A stretch of 62,345 bases of DNA, counting the filler, from Bonamia ostreae (Eukaryota): the NCBI GenBank assembly GCA_040357525.1. It is 18 parts of 18 records of this genome, joined end to end, with 100 filler letters (N's around TTAATTAATTAA, not from the genome) between each part and the next. Parts side by side here need not be neighbours in the genome. Positions count along the whole stretch, not along the records: positions 34,811 to 38,178 come from JBDODL010000524.1; positions 38,279 to 41,640 come from JBDODL010000525.1; positions 41,741 to 45,098 come from JBDODL010000526.1; positions 45,199 to 48,555 come from JBDODL010000527.1; 14 more parts are not named here. One strand, given 5' to 3'. Position 1 is the first letter of the stretch; each line of letters starts with the position of its first letter. Shown here one piece after another: positions 34,892 to 46,746 of the stretch. The translations under genes were made by a program, and so were the position numbers. Under the pieces are notes generated by a model that made no database searches, was not told the DNA's origin, and saw only the letters and a program-made list of their open reading frames with translations.

Positions 34892-36646
34892 GCGCCGCTG
34901 GAGGTCTAGAAATTGCGAACAGAGCAAGCGTCGTCTCTCTTCCTCAACTCACGGCCGCCATGCACAGCTGCGTCGGCGCCGCCGCTGCTCTCACTTCGAT
35001 CGCTTCTTTCATGTCCGGTTGTGGTGAAATCGACGATACAGTTCATTCCGTCGCTTGTTGCGCCGGAACGTTTATGGGATCCGTCACTTTCGCCGGTTCT
35101 GTAGTCGCTTATCTGAAATTGCAGGGGCTCCTCAAGAGCCAACCGCTCGATCTACCCAACAAAAACATGTTGAATATCGGGTTGGTCTCCGGGTCCGCTG
35201 CTCTGGCGGCGTACGTCGTTTCAGGCGGAGTGTTGTCGGTCCCGGCTCTGTTCTTGATGGCGGGCGGTTCTGGTCTGATGGGAGCTCATATGACCGCTTC
35301 GATTGGAGGAGCGGACATGCCGGTGGTGATAACGGTTTTGAACAGCTACAGCGGATGGGCGTTGTGCGCGGAAGGATTTATGTTGCAAAATGACCTTTTG
35401 ACGATCACTGGGGCGCTGGTCGGTTCCAGTGGAGCCATCCTTTCTTATATTGTTAATTTTTGAATTATAAAAATTTTGAAGCAGTTTAAACTAAATTAAA
35501 GAACATTTAATGGCGTCAAAAAAATCATAAAATTGATAAAAAAAATAATGTCGTTAAAAATAAAAAAAAAATCCTGAAATTGCAAAAAGACAAAAAAAAT
35601 CAAAAAGGCGTCAAAAATATAAATTATGGTGTCAAAAAAATAAATATAAAAATTGTTAAAAAACGTTAAAAAAATCATTAATGGCTTAAAAAAATAAATA
35701 TGGTGTTAAAAACAAAAATCGCAAAATTAAAAAAAAAATGAAAAATGGCATCAAAAACAAAAATCGCAAAATTAAAAAAAATGAAAAATTGCATCAAAAA
35801 CAAAAATCGCAAAATTAAAAAAAATGAAAAATGGCGTCAAAAACAAAAATCGCAGAATTGTTAAAAAAAGTTAATTGCGTCAAAAATTGCATTTATAAAA
35901 ATGACGTTAAAAAATTTTAATAACCAAATGCGAACAGATGTGCAAAGCGATGAACAGATCACTGCCAAATGTGATTTTGGGCGGTTTCGGCACCAAAGCT
36001 TCGAAGGCCGTCTCGTCCAAAGGAGAGGCCAAGACCGTTACAACCGACGGAGCTGTTCAACTTCTCTCCGAAGCCAAAGACGTCATAATCACTCCCGGAT
36101 ATGGCTTGGCTGTCGCGAAGGCACAATACCCCGTCGCCGAACTGGTCAAAAAGCTCAAAGAAAATGGTTCCTATAAACAAATTTTTCGGACAACTCAATT
36201 TTATGGCAGCTCTTAAAATGGCAAATTTCCCAGCAATCTATTTTTACTAAAAACAAAAAGGAGCGAGAGTAAGATTTGCGATTCATCCCGTCGCAGGAAG
36301 AATGCCGGGCCAAATGAACGTTCTGCTGGCAGAAGCCGGCGTCCCTTACGACATCGTCGAGGAAATGGAGGAAATCAACGACGATTTTAAGAAAGCCGAT
36401 TTGGCCATTGTCATCGGCGCGAACGACACGGTCAACTCAGCCGCCACGGAGGATCCACAGAGCCCAATCGCAGGAATGCCTGTTCTACGCGTTTGGGACG
36501 CAAAAAAGGTTTTGGTGATGAAGAGAAGTCTCGGCGTTGGCTACGCAGCCATCGACAACCCTGTCTTCTACAAAGACAATTGCTCAATGTTTCTCGGGGA
36601 CGCAAAGTCGTCTTGCGAGAAGTTGGTTCGGGGAATAAGCGATTAA
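34892..36646 (+). CDS. NNT: NAD(P) transhydrogenase, beta/dII-dIII part; 5' truncated
   Basis: [66 protein letters not shown] and GANDTVN; introns at 35452-35937 and ~36167-36260. Confidence 0.98.
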
Positions 36647-36959
36647 AAGATGAAATCCAGTTATCCATTTTAATGGAATCTTCGAAGTACTATAAAATTT
36701 AGGTACTATAAAATTTGATTTTTATGCAAAATTTGATTTTTATTGAACGCCATCAATTAAATTTTCGTGATTTAAATATTTCCAATACAATAAAAAAACA
36801 AATTTTAACTGTTTTTTCGCAATTTTTAACTGCGAAATATCAGCAAAATATCATAAATAATTGCGCTTTAATTCGCAACGTTGAAAAGACTTGGAATCCA
36901 ATATACAAAAATTCTTTAAAGCGCTTTTTAGGCCAAACCTTGAAAACTTGAAACTTAAA

Positions 36960-38178
36960 ATGATTGGAAATGAAAATTTTACGAAACAGATCTACGATTC
37001 GTTTCTAAAAATCTGCGATGGCTCGTCTCCCAACGAAATCGCCTCCGCGAAAAATTTGCTCGAAAAACTGAATGGCCGTGATGACTATCTTTTGGCTCTT
37101 ACTGTTTCATAATCTGTAATCGAAAGAACATACTCAAAAAAGAAGGAGCATCCGAAAACGTAAAAATCTTGTCTGCCATTGAAATAAAAAATTTTGTGAA
37201 GAGAAAACGAAGAAATTCTTTGCCGTTTTTTTTAACAATAATTGGATGAAATTCTTTGAAATAAAAAAGGTTGTTGAAAAACGATAATTGGACATCCAAC
37301 TTTGCTCAATCAATTCTGGAAATATATTTCTCCTCTCCCAGTTGCAACAAAAAACAAGTTTATTTTCAAATGTCTGTCGCCATCGCTGATATTTTTGCTC
37401 ACCGCAGTTTTCCGGAAATGTTTTTTATGCAAAATTTGTTACAAAAGCGACTTGATATCCGTAATTAAAAACTTTCTGGCGTCAAAAAGTTTTATCGAGC
37501 GGCAAAAATCTCTTCAGATTTTGAAAGAAATCCTTGAAATTCTCACAAGCGAAAATAGAAAAACTGAAATCGCGAAAATTTCAAAAAATATTTTTTCCGA
37601 AATGGCCGAAAATTGGGGAAAATTTGCGGGCTTTCTGTTTTCAGGCCAAAACAAATATGTCAAAGAGTCGAAAGGTTATCAAATATTATTAAAGAGAGTT
37701 TTGAAGAATGTTCCATTACAACAAAAATAATTTACTTTATGATATCTGTCGGCACCACGTCCGAAGACATAAGCTCCAACGAGAAAATAAAAAGACTGTT
37801 TGCGGATTTGCTCTCGGTTTTAAAACGAATGGCCGAGTTTAAGTTAACGGAAAAAGATTCAAATTTTTAGTTTTTCGATAAATTTTAGTTCCAAGGAATG
37901 CGAAATTATTTTTGTTGGAGCATACGAAATTTTTATGGTTGTAAGAAACAGATTCCCTTTCGAGTTCTTGCCACATCTGTCGCCGATACTTGAATTCACG
38001 ATCGAAGTTTTGTTGTCAATTTTGTTTACAAAAGATGGTTTCGAGCTCAGAGAATCTGTCTCGAGATGTCGCTGTCAGCGCTTTAAAGTTTATGTCACAA
38101 GTCATTTCTTGCAGAGAATATCGTCCAACGCACACTGTTTTAAAATACCAAATTTGAATTTTAACAAATTAATAAATG
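36960..38178 (+). CDS. Importin-beta family protein, importin-11-like; 3' truncated
   Basis: IBN_N-like NLLEKLNGRDDY...ILSAIEIKNFV, QMSVAIADIF and RFPFEFLPHLSPILEF; several 23-30 nt introns restore the frame. Confidence 0.6.
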
Positions 38179-38278
38179 NNNNNNNNNNNNNNNNNNNNNN
38201 NNNNNNNNNNNNNNNNNNNNNNTTAATTAATTAANNNNNNNNNNNNNNNNNNNNNNNNNNNNNNNNNNNNNNNNNNNN

Positions 38279-41200
38279 TTATCTTCGACTTTCGTTTAAG
38301 AAAAATAAATACATTGGCATAATTTGAAAATTCCATTGAACAATCTTATTCATTCTATCGAATCTTCAAAATTCAATCACATTTTCCTTAGGAATTAATT
38401 ATCTCCAGGGATTTGTATTAAATCCCTGCGTGGTCATCGACTTCGAATTTTTTTTGCATGCTTTTTTTCAGATATTAATTGCTGATTTCTCACGTGAGAG
38501 GCAACTAACAACTTATGATCAATATCAAAACTATGGACGATGGTATAGTAGAAAGTGCCATTGGTGTATTTCCAATTAAGTTTAGGACCGGAATTTGAAA
38601 ATAAACAAAACGAAATAAGGTTATTTAAAATCTGTATAAAAAGAGAATAGATATGACGTTGAAAGATTAGGTATGATAAATGAATNNNNNNNNNNTAATA
38701 CTAAACATCATTACTGAAGAAAATTAAAGCATTGGTATTTATATAAACATACGGGTTCACCTTTTGCAACGGTTAAACATTTACATTTGGGGAAATAGAA
38801 GTTTAGTATTTAGTTTTTGGTGGTATAAAGAGAGTCTGGATGTTGCGAATTATAGAAGGTACTTAAATCCACAGCTGCAGGACCTTTTTCAATCGAAGCT
38901 GCTGAGGGTGGTCTATAATACATTTCATCCGGACTGGAGAGCGAAAACAAATTTGTGGTGAGATCAAATTTGACCCCCAGAACTGTACTTCGTTGTGAAT
39001 ATGCCTTAAAATCTGTTGTGCTGAGGTTCACAGATTCTCTGAAATATAACAAACAATGTATATCAAAGAAATCCGCACTTAAGGACGTTAACCAGTAGGG
39101 GTAAGATAGAGAAGGGGTATGGGAGTCCCTTGCATTCTACATACACACAATTTCTTAATATTCCATAATGATGCCATGATAACCTACAAAATATACCATA
39201 ATGCGACAAACTCCTTCCAACCCCAATAGGGACCATGCCTTCAACATGCAAATCATGTTTTGGTACACAAACTATATTTAAGTAAGATTAATGTATTAAA
39301 AATCCTAAATACTTCATTGCTAATATTACTTTATTTTAAAGGGAAATGTCAGTAGTGGCTCTTCTAAACAACACCACTGCTATCAAAAAAGCGATGATCA
39401 TTGTCTCTAAATAGTTATATTCTTTACCGTTTTGTGAATTTCTGTTTTAGCATTACGCCAGCTATGATCACTACCATCACAACAACCAGACTGCTGATGG
39501 ATGCTCCAACTATCACATATGTATCCTTTGTTGTAGTTGGGAATGTACTAGAAAGAAACAAAAATCAAGTTTCTTAATTAAAAACACTTGGTTTGGTGTC
39601 CGATATTTTATAAATAAATATGTATAATGTATTCCAATTTTGAATGATTAGAAAGATGCTACATATGCAAGAACCATTTGGATGACAATATTTAGTTGAC
39701 TAACACATCTGTACTTTCTGATGCAAACAACATCGACGTAGTTGTTGGTATTTTTCTGACAGTTGCTTCTGATGTTACGGGTAATGTGGTCGATGTTTCT
39801 GATGCTTCGTTTGATACACTTATTGAGGATGTCCTGGGTTGAGACATCGTTGTTTCGACAGTGATTGGTTGGACCTGATGACTTGTTGCTGTCGGTATTG
39901 TAGTCGAGGTTGTACACACTTAAAGTTAGAAGCAATTAATACACAATTTCATATCATAACGTAACCCAACATGGTAAAGCATACTTGATTTGGAGGAGTT
40001 TAAAATATAAGAAGATATTCTAATACAAACAATGAGATTATGCTGCAATTATTATCACTGCGTTTTATTAACCTCGTACTTCAAGCTATTTGTCACGGAC
40101 TAGCATTATTTATTCCCCAAAATCATGCATGTATCCAATGATTTATTTTGTACACCCCAACAGACATTGAAGACTACTCTCAGAGTAGTGCAACACAATG
40201 TTAAGTTGCTAACGAAAAAGATAGTTAGATGGGACTTCTCATCAGATAAAAATCAAGAAAATCAATCACATACAAATCTAATTGCCACCAGGTCCCGGCA
40301 AGATATAATAACCGACCAATACTATTTTTGAAATAAAAAGTATACTTAATCAGTTCAATATTGTGCTTCGGAAGTAGATAAATCATAGTATTAATTGGGA
40401 AAAAATCGATAATTGTTTTATTATTTGTAGCCAAACTCTCTATTTTGTATTTATTTTGGGTGTTAGGAAATTGATCACTGTTTGTTATGTTCTCCTTTCC
40501 ATGTCTCAGAAACAGATCAATTAATTCCCATCTAGGTCACCAATTAGGTTCAATCTATTTTCCTTTTCTCATTTTGAAACGTCACCTCTGGTTTAAGAAT
40601 ATACCTTATTTCATATATTTTATATTGTATACTTTCTCATCAAAATTGAACATTCTGTCCTCCCGTGTTCTAAGAAGTATGGAAAAATATAGCCTTGATT
40701 ATTTCAATGGAATTAGAGCCCCAGCTCTATCTATACAAGACGGTTGAGTCCAAAGATTGCCACCCCGTGGAATGAGACTGAAAGTTATTATATTTTTATG
40801 TTTAAGAAGAAGGGTATTTAAACATACTGCTGGGACTATATTGACAAATGTTCATTCTCAGATGTGAAAAGGCCGTTGTAAGTGTTGTAAATGTTTTCTT
40901 TCTTTTAAATTGACGAGTAGGTTACCGAAATCACAAGTTGTCATCCCATGGTGAGGGTATGGTTAGTTGTTATAAATTTTAGAAGAATTGTTTTTAATTG
41001 TTAGTTAAGAAAATATCGAGGAGTGAAGTTTGAAAATGACCATCTTGTGGTTTGGGTAGGGCTAAGTGTGGTCAAAAGCGAGTCATTGTTGACAAAATAT
41101 TCTCAACATTCCTTCGGGGTTTTATTCCAGGCATGGTGGTGTCTTACTTAAACAGATGGCACGTCTGTTGCAACAACAACAAATCAGTTTCTTGTTTGAA

Positions 41201-41640
41201 AAATAATGTTCAAAATCTTTTTTGTTTAGAATCCGAAGATTGGAGAGTGTTTGTCCCGGTTCTTGTCAGCGGAAACACTGAAAGACGTATTCCCCTGCTC
41301 ATTTTGTAGTATGTGTGTCATTTAATGTACAATTAATCATTTTTCATTCACAATGTTTCTCGGTTTTACTTTATCTCAATTGCTTTTGTATATCCATTAT
41401 CTTTTTTAACTATAGATCAGGACATTGTGGAGAAGGAAATAAAGATCAATAAATATCCGGACATTTTGGTGTTGCAACTTGGAATGCTGTCAGAGGTACA
41501 ATCAATATTTAGTAAATTATTGTACACCGATGTTGATATGTAGCAATCGACCTCTCTATAAAAGCCTACGGGAATTATTGATCAAACATTTAATGAATTA
41601 AGACATACAGTACACGACTCGAGTTTTATTGAGACCACCG
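38279..41640. other. Metazoan-like contig (probable host contaminant)
   Basis: Gene-sparse, internal 10-N gap, and exons flanked by long introns with polypyrimidine acceptors. Confidence 0.75.
38810..39920 (-). CDS. Host-type single-pass membrane protein: Thr-rich stalk exon, TM exon, cytoplasmic exon
   Basis: CTTSTTIPTATS...; TM exon ~39429-39547 (YVIVGASISSLVVVMVVIIAGVML-KQK) with a GTAAAG donor; last exon ends YTTKN*. Confidence 0.55.
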
Positions 41641-41740
41641 NNNNNNNNNNNNNNNNNNNNNNNNNNNNNNNNNNNNNNNNNNNNTTAATTAATTAANNNN
41701 NNNNNNNNNNNNNNNNNNNNNNNNNNNNNNNNNNNNNNNN

Positions 41741-41907
41741 CCATGAGTACCAATATCGACTTTTGGTTCAACTCTTTGTCCAAATTTGCAGTCTTCAATA
41801 ATTTTCTTTTTTTCATCATCTGACAATTTGGTTCCAGTTGTTGAATTGAGAAGGTATTCTCTTGTCAAAGCTGTCGGGGTCCTGGTTAAACTTGGTCTTT
41901 TTTCCAT
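41741..41907 (-). CDS. N-terminal fragment of an unidentified protein
   Basis: MEKRPSLTRTPTALTREYLL... runs off the contig end. Confidence 0.45.
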
Positions 41908-42047
41908 TTTCGAACGTAAAATTGTGGAAAAGACGATGATGATTTATTGATAAAGTATTTTGGTTTTTGTGGATATGATTTTTTTATAAAGTTTAGTTTT
42001 CATTTATTGTTAACATAATCTTTTTAGAAAAATAATTTTTTAAATTT

Positions 42048-42238
42048 TTCGCTTTTATAAATTGTCAAATTTTACTAAAATTGGAGAAAATCATCGCTTT
42101 TATTAATTGTCAAATTTTACTAAAATTGGAGAAAATTTTTCGCTTTTATTAATTGTCAAATTTTACAAAAAATTGGAGAAAATCATCGCTTTTATTAATT
42201 GTCAAATTTTACAAAAAATTGGAGAAAATCATCGCTTT
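42048..42238. repeat. Intergenic minisatellite of ~45-48 bp, 4 copies
   Basis: Variants of TCGCTTTTATTAATTGTCAAATTTTACWAAAATTGGAGAAAATCA. Confidence 0.9.
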
Positions 42239-42318
42239 AGTTATTATCAAATATTATTTATCTTTTGTCGCTTTTATTAATTTGTTTGAAATCAGAATAA
42301 AATTAACAAATTGAAAAT

Positions 42319-43698
42319 TTATAAAATCTCAGAGACCTTTCCAGTCCTCATTTTATCCATTCTTTTGGCCAACAAAAACACGTTCGAAACAAAATCGGAA
42401 TGCTTTTTAATAAACCGCTTAAAATCATTTCGCTCGAAAAACCTCTCCAAATTGAGCGCGATAAACTCGACAACAAAAAACAGTAAATTTTTGGACGCCA
42501 TTCCAAAAACTTCATTTTTTACATTGTTTTCGTCCAATGCACTTTTATCGTCATTTTTGTTAATTATTTGTGCAAAATCGATTTTTGGAACGACGAATAA
42601 ACAGATTTTGACTGTTTTGACCGCATTTTCGATCGACAACATTTCTCTAATTTTGTTTTCACAAATCCTCTTCAAATCGTCTATTAGATATCGGTCGCTG
42701 GCAACAAACAATTTTAAAATAGCGTCAAAGTACTCATCGAAAACAATTTTATTAAGACTTTTAGGCCCATTTTTATTGTTACCGATAAAGTCGTTGATAT
42801 CTGAGATTGTTGTTTCATTGTTACCCCGAAACAGACTTTCTTTGATAAAAGGATAATTTGCTGATTTCTCGATAAGAACTGGCGCCCCAGAACAGATTTT
42901 GGATTTGTCGCCTTCTGCACGTTTCCGTTTGACAACTTGAACCTTTTCAGAGAAATCGCTGCAGCCAACTGGTTTCAAAGCTTTGTGGATCTTGGACGAA
43001 ACAGATTCCTTCAGAAGCTTTAACGCGTTTCCGCCGTACGCGAACTCGACAATTCCTTTAATCGTTTTTTCGTCGATGTCGCTGAAGAAAGCCTCGTTCG
43101 CCAGATTTTCTTTGTAACTCGACAAAAACATTCGTTCGAAAAGCGGCGACAATCCTGAAATAACCGCTTTGTGCACTTTAATTTTCCATTTTGGCCCTTT
43201 CAAAGAGAAATCGAGAAGGTTTTCGTTTTCGGAAAGTTGTTTTTTGAGCAAATCGGAAGAAGATTTTCCAGCAAAACGAGGCGACTCCCAATCGAGAGAC
43301 AGTTTTATGCAAATTTCGCCGTCCGCGTTCAAATAGTTTTCGCGCGGCGACATAAGTTTGCTCGTGCGGCAGAACTTGCGGTAGCCTCTTGAAGCGTTGC
43401 TCTTGAATTGGAACTGGCGGCGGGCGCCGCGCAGTCCGCCGCCGTGTGCGAGGCTGTCGACTATCTGCAGCATCCAACCCGCCAACGGGAAAAATGGGCC
43501 GAGGCAGAAAATGTAGATGGAAACATAAGTGTGTTGGCTGAACTGGTCGCTTTTGTAACGGGGGTACATTCGAAGTTGCCACATGACCCCCTTCGAGCAA
43601 ATAATGGGACTGTCTATTTTGAAGGCGGTGGAAACTTCGCGGAAATTGCTGATTTTCCAGATATAATTAAGTTTGTTTTTTACGTTGTTTTCGGACAT
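42319..43698 (-). CDS. MATH-BTB (SPOP-like) cullin-3 adaptor
   Basis: YIWKISNF...WQLRMYP...YVSIY...RGYRKF (MATH); KVHKAVISGLSPLFERMF...IVEFAYG...ASDRYLIDDLKRICE (BTB); intronless 459 aa. Confidence 0.93.
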   Translation of the reverse strand: MSENNVKNKLNYIWKISNFREVSTAFKIDSPIICSKGVMWQLRMYPRYKSDQFSQHTYVSIYIFCLGPFFPLAGWMLQIVDSLAHGGGLRGARRQFQFKSNASRGYRKFCRTSKLMSPRENYLNADGEICIKLSLDWESPRFAGKSSSDLLKKQLSENENLLDFSLKGPKWKIKVHKAVISGLSPLFERMFLSSYKENLANEAFFSDIDEKTIKGIVEFAYGGNALKLLKESVSSKIHKALKPVGCSDFSEKVQVVKRKRAEGDKSKICSGAPVLIEKSANYPFIKESLFRGNNETTISDINDFIGNNKNGPKSLNKIVFDEYFDAILKLFVASDRYLIDDLKRICENKIREMLSIENAVKTVKICLFVVPKIDFAQIINKNDDKSALDENNVKNEVFGMASKNLLFFVVEFIALNLERFFERNDFKRFIKKHSDFVSNVFLLAKRMDKMRTGKVSEIL

Positions 43699-43905
43699 TT
43701 AGAGGATTTATAAGCTTGTATGAGTTATTATATATAAATTTTTATGTTGAAATTTGGTCTATTTTAAGAGATATATGTAGATAGATGTGGGATTGCGAAA
43801 TAATAAATATTATTAGATGTCATTCAGAGGAATTAGCAAAGCTAAATAATAAATATATAATGAAATTGTAATTTCGAAAGCTTAAAATTGATTATTAAAC
43901 GGTTA

Positions 43906-45072
43906 ATGCCGGTAAAAGCTAATCGTTTTTATTGTTAAAATTAAAAAAGTTCGGTTTAATCCTTCGAATAAAGCTTCGCCGTGCGTCGCTTCGATAATAT
44001 CTTTTCAGTACTTCAAAGAAACCAATTTAGAGCATTCTGTTGAAATCGATTTTGCTTTGAAAGAACCGGTCCTAAATATTAATGGAGAAACGTTTTTTTT
44101 TTTGGAAATTGGAATTATTTTTTATTTTTTTTTTCGTTTCGTTTTTTTTAATTAAATTTTTATCATATAATTTTTTCGCTTTGTTTTTATCTTATAATTT
44201 TTCATTTTTTCATATTTTTTTTTCGTTTTGTTTTGTTAATTAGATTTTTATCAAAAAATTTTATGATATTTTATCATTTTATCATTTTATTCATTTTATG
44301 ATTGTCACAAAAAATTTGTTTTATTAAAATATTTTCCGATTTTCGACAAAACAATTTTCAAATATTTTTACTAAAAAGCTTTAAAAATGACGATATAATC
44401 GCATTTAAACTCTGTAAACTAATCGACAAAACCAATTCGCAAAACGAAAACTTAACGGAATTGGCGAGCAAATCATTATTAGACAAAAAGGAATTGCCTC
44501 AAAATTGCCAAAAACTTTGCAACAATTTGTCCAATCGGTATTTTGGCGGAGACAATTTAGACTTTATCGATATTCTAATTTGGGGAAGATTACAATGTTC
44601 TTAATTACAAAAACTCTAAATTAATTATTTGTCAATTACAAAAAATAGTCCAACCCTCTAAATTTAACAAAAACAATCAGTCCAACTCTCTAAATTATAA
44701 CAATTCATCATTATTAAAATAAAAATAAACAATCGTTCAAAAAAAATTGTTTTGACCTCACAAAAATACGACAATGAAATAGTCCACTTCTCAAATTTTA
44801 AATTTGATAAAGGTAATGGTCGTTGGAGAGGTTTAAAAAAGGAATCGAAATTCAAATCGTTAACAGAATGGTTTGATAGATTAAACGAGATCAAACAATT
44901 TAAAGAAGCCATTTCGTTTATTAAAAGAGCGTCAGTTCCGCCGAAAAAATTTAATGTTTTTAGAAAAAATTTAGAAAAACTTTAATTCGATGGAAATCGG
45001 GATTGACTCCAAAATGAAAGGAAAAGTGGTTACGAGGTTTCCACCGGAACCTTCTGGTTATCTACACATCGG
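43906..45072 (+). CDS. Cytosolic glutamyl-tRNA synthetase, N-terminal part (GST-like domain to HIGH motif)
   Basis: [18 protein letters not shown]; introns at 43925-43949, ~44092-44378, ~44597-44811 and 44956-44974 (19 nt). Confidence 0.92.
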
Positions 45073-45198
45073 TAATTTTGATTTTTGTTTTAAGACAANN
45101 NNNNNNNNNNNNNNNNNNNNNNNNNNNNNNNNNNNNNNNNNNTTAATTAATTAANNNNNNNNNNNNNNNNNNNNNNNNNNNNNNNNNNNNNNNNNNNN

Positions 45199-45801
45199 CA
45201 AAGTGGATCACTATTACCTCAAATTTGAATTTTATGGCTGCGCCACGTTTAACTTTTTTTTTGGGATTTTCGTGTTTATATCGATACATTACGACCAGAA
45301 AATGCTATTTTTGTACGCGAACGGTTTCATGATAGATGGTCATATGTTCGTTTCCTATTTTATGATAGCGATTCTGACTTTCAATAAATCCAGCCAAGGA
45401 AAATTGATAGACAACAATCAACTGTTCGACAGAATGTTAACAGACAAAAATTTGTTGCAAAAATACTACAAGTTTTTGGTGAAAGAATTCTCAGCCGAGA
45501 ATTTGAGTTTCTTGCAGACGATTGCTGTTTATAAAAGACAATATGAATCATCAAAGAAGAAACATCTCTTTGATACCATATTTTCGAATTTTATAAAGAA
45601 GAATTCTCGATTTGAAGTTTTAATTTTGTGATTTCAAAGCTGAATCTATCTGATAGAACAAAGAAGCAAATATTTTTTGCGGTGGAGAAAAACTTGGCCG
45701 ACAAAAACGTTTTTAACAAAGCGGAAACAGAAATAAAAGATATGTTGCGGAACGACTCGTTTAGAAGATTTTATTTGGAAAATAAAATGGATTTTCTATA
45801 A
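45199..45801 (+). CDS. Transmembrane-RGS protein (7TM-RGS-like), C-terminal part
   Basis: DHYYLKFE plus two hydrophobic segments, then the RGS box FLVKEFSAENLSF...FIKKNSRFE|LNLS...FNKAETEIKDMLRNDSFRRF; intron at 45617-45639. Confidence 0.88.
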
Positions 45802-45885
45802 AAAGCATTTTTTGATTAAAAATTTTTACAAAATTAAAATATTTGAACAAAATCTGAGGACCAACTTTTTTTCGCAGATGAAAAG

Positions 45886-45995
45886 ACTTTCGAGACGTAT
45901 TCAATAGTTTATGTTACTTGTCACGGTACTTTCGAGACGCATTCAATAGTTTATTTTATTTGTCACAGTATTTTCGAGATGTATTGAATAGTTTG
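45886..45995. repeat. 42-bp tandem repeat, ~2.6 copies
   Basis: ACTTTCGAGACGTATTCAATAGTTTATGTTACTTGTCACGGT and diverged copies, with no spacers. Confidence 0.8.
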
Positions 45996-46034
45996 AAGAT
46001 ATAAAAATCCTGTAGATATATAAAAATCTATTTA

Positions 46035-46391
46035 ATGAGCGATATTTATGTGCTTGCACAAAATAAAACAGACTTCTCGAATTGTGATTTTAAGAGGATA
46101 AATGGCACCTGCAAAGTTATTTGTGAAGACGGGTTTTCATCTGCGATTTCGTGTGGTCATGTGCCAAGAAAACTAAAATATTTGCTTCTCGTATTGGCGT
46201 CAATTTTTTTGTTCCTGTTAATCGTTGTATTGTTGGCAACTTGGTATATAAGACGCAAAAGAAGATTAAGACTTAATCTAAACAAACACAAACGAAGAAT
46301 AAATTTAAACACAATGAGAAGGATAACCGAAGTAAACAAGTTTCTAGAGCCGGAAAGCGATTCTTCGATTTCTCAAGATATTGACTATTAG
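46035..46391 (+). CDS. Small single-pass membrane protein with a Cys-containing ectodomain
   Basis: C..C..C..C N-terminus, TM YLLLVLASIFLFLLIVVLLATWYI, stop-transfer RRKRR. Confidence 0.65.
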   Translation: MSDIYVLAQNKTDFSNCDFKRINGTCKVICEDGFSSAISCGHVPRKLKYLLLVLASIFLFLLIVVLLATWYIRRKRRLRLNLNKHKRRINLNTMRRITEVNKFLEPESDSSISQDIDY

Positions 46392-46746
46392 TAAATTTAT
46401 CTTGATGAATTATCGCATTTATTTTTATTGTGACATGTTCAAGATTTGGTAGTTTTTCAGTTTTAGTAAAATAAACGAGATTTTTGGAAAAATCGTACAA
46501 AATAATCACAAAAATAGTATAAAATCGCGCAAAAAACAAAAAACCGGCGTAAAAAATCACAAAAACTGTAAATAGTAAAAAAAAGGTCGCAAAGAACATA
46601 ATGTCGTACAAAAAATTACAAAAACAGTAAAAAGTACAAAAATGGTCCAAAAAACAGAAAATCATACAAAAAACAGAAAATGACGCAAAAAAATCGTTCA
46701 AAAAACATTACAAAAAATCATTACAAAAAATCGAATCAATTCATTA

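Noticed and set aside
42311-42856. Long antisense ORFs (also 46680-47372, 56848-57495, 61645-62289)
   Set aside because: They are shadows of well-supported genes on the opposite strand.
45886-45995. CRISPR-like array
   Set aside because: The units are directly adjacent with no unique spacers, the context is eukaryotic, and there are no cas genes. The same applies to 42048-42238 and 58791-58902.
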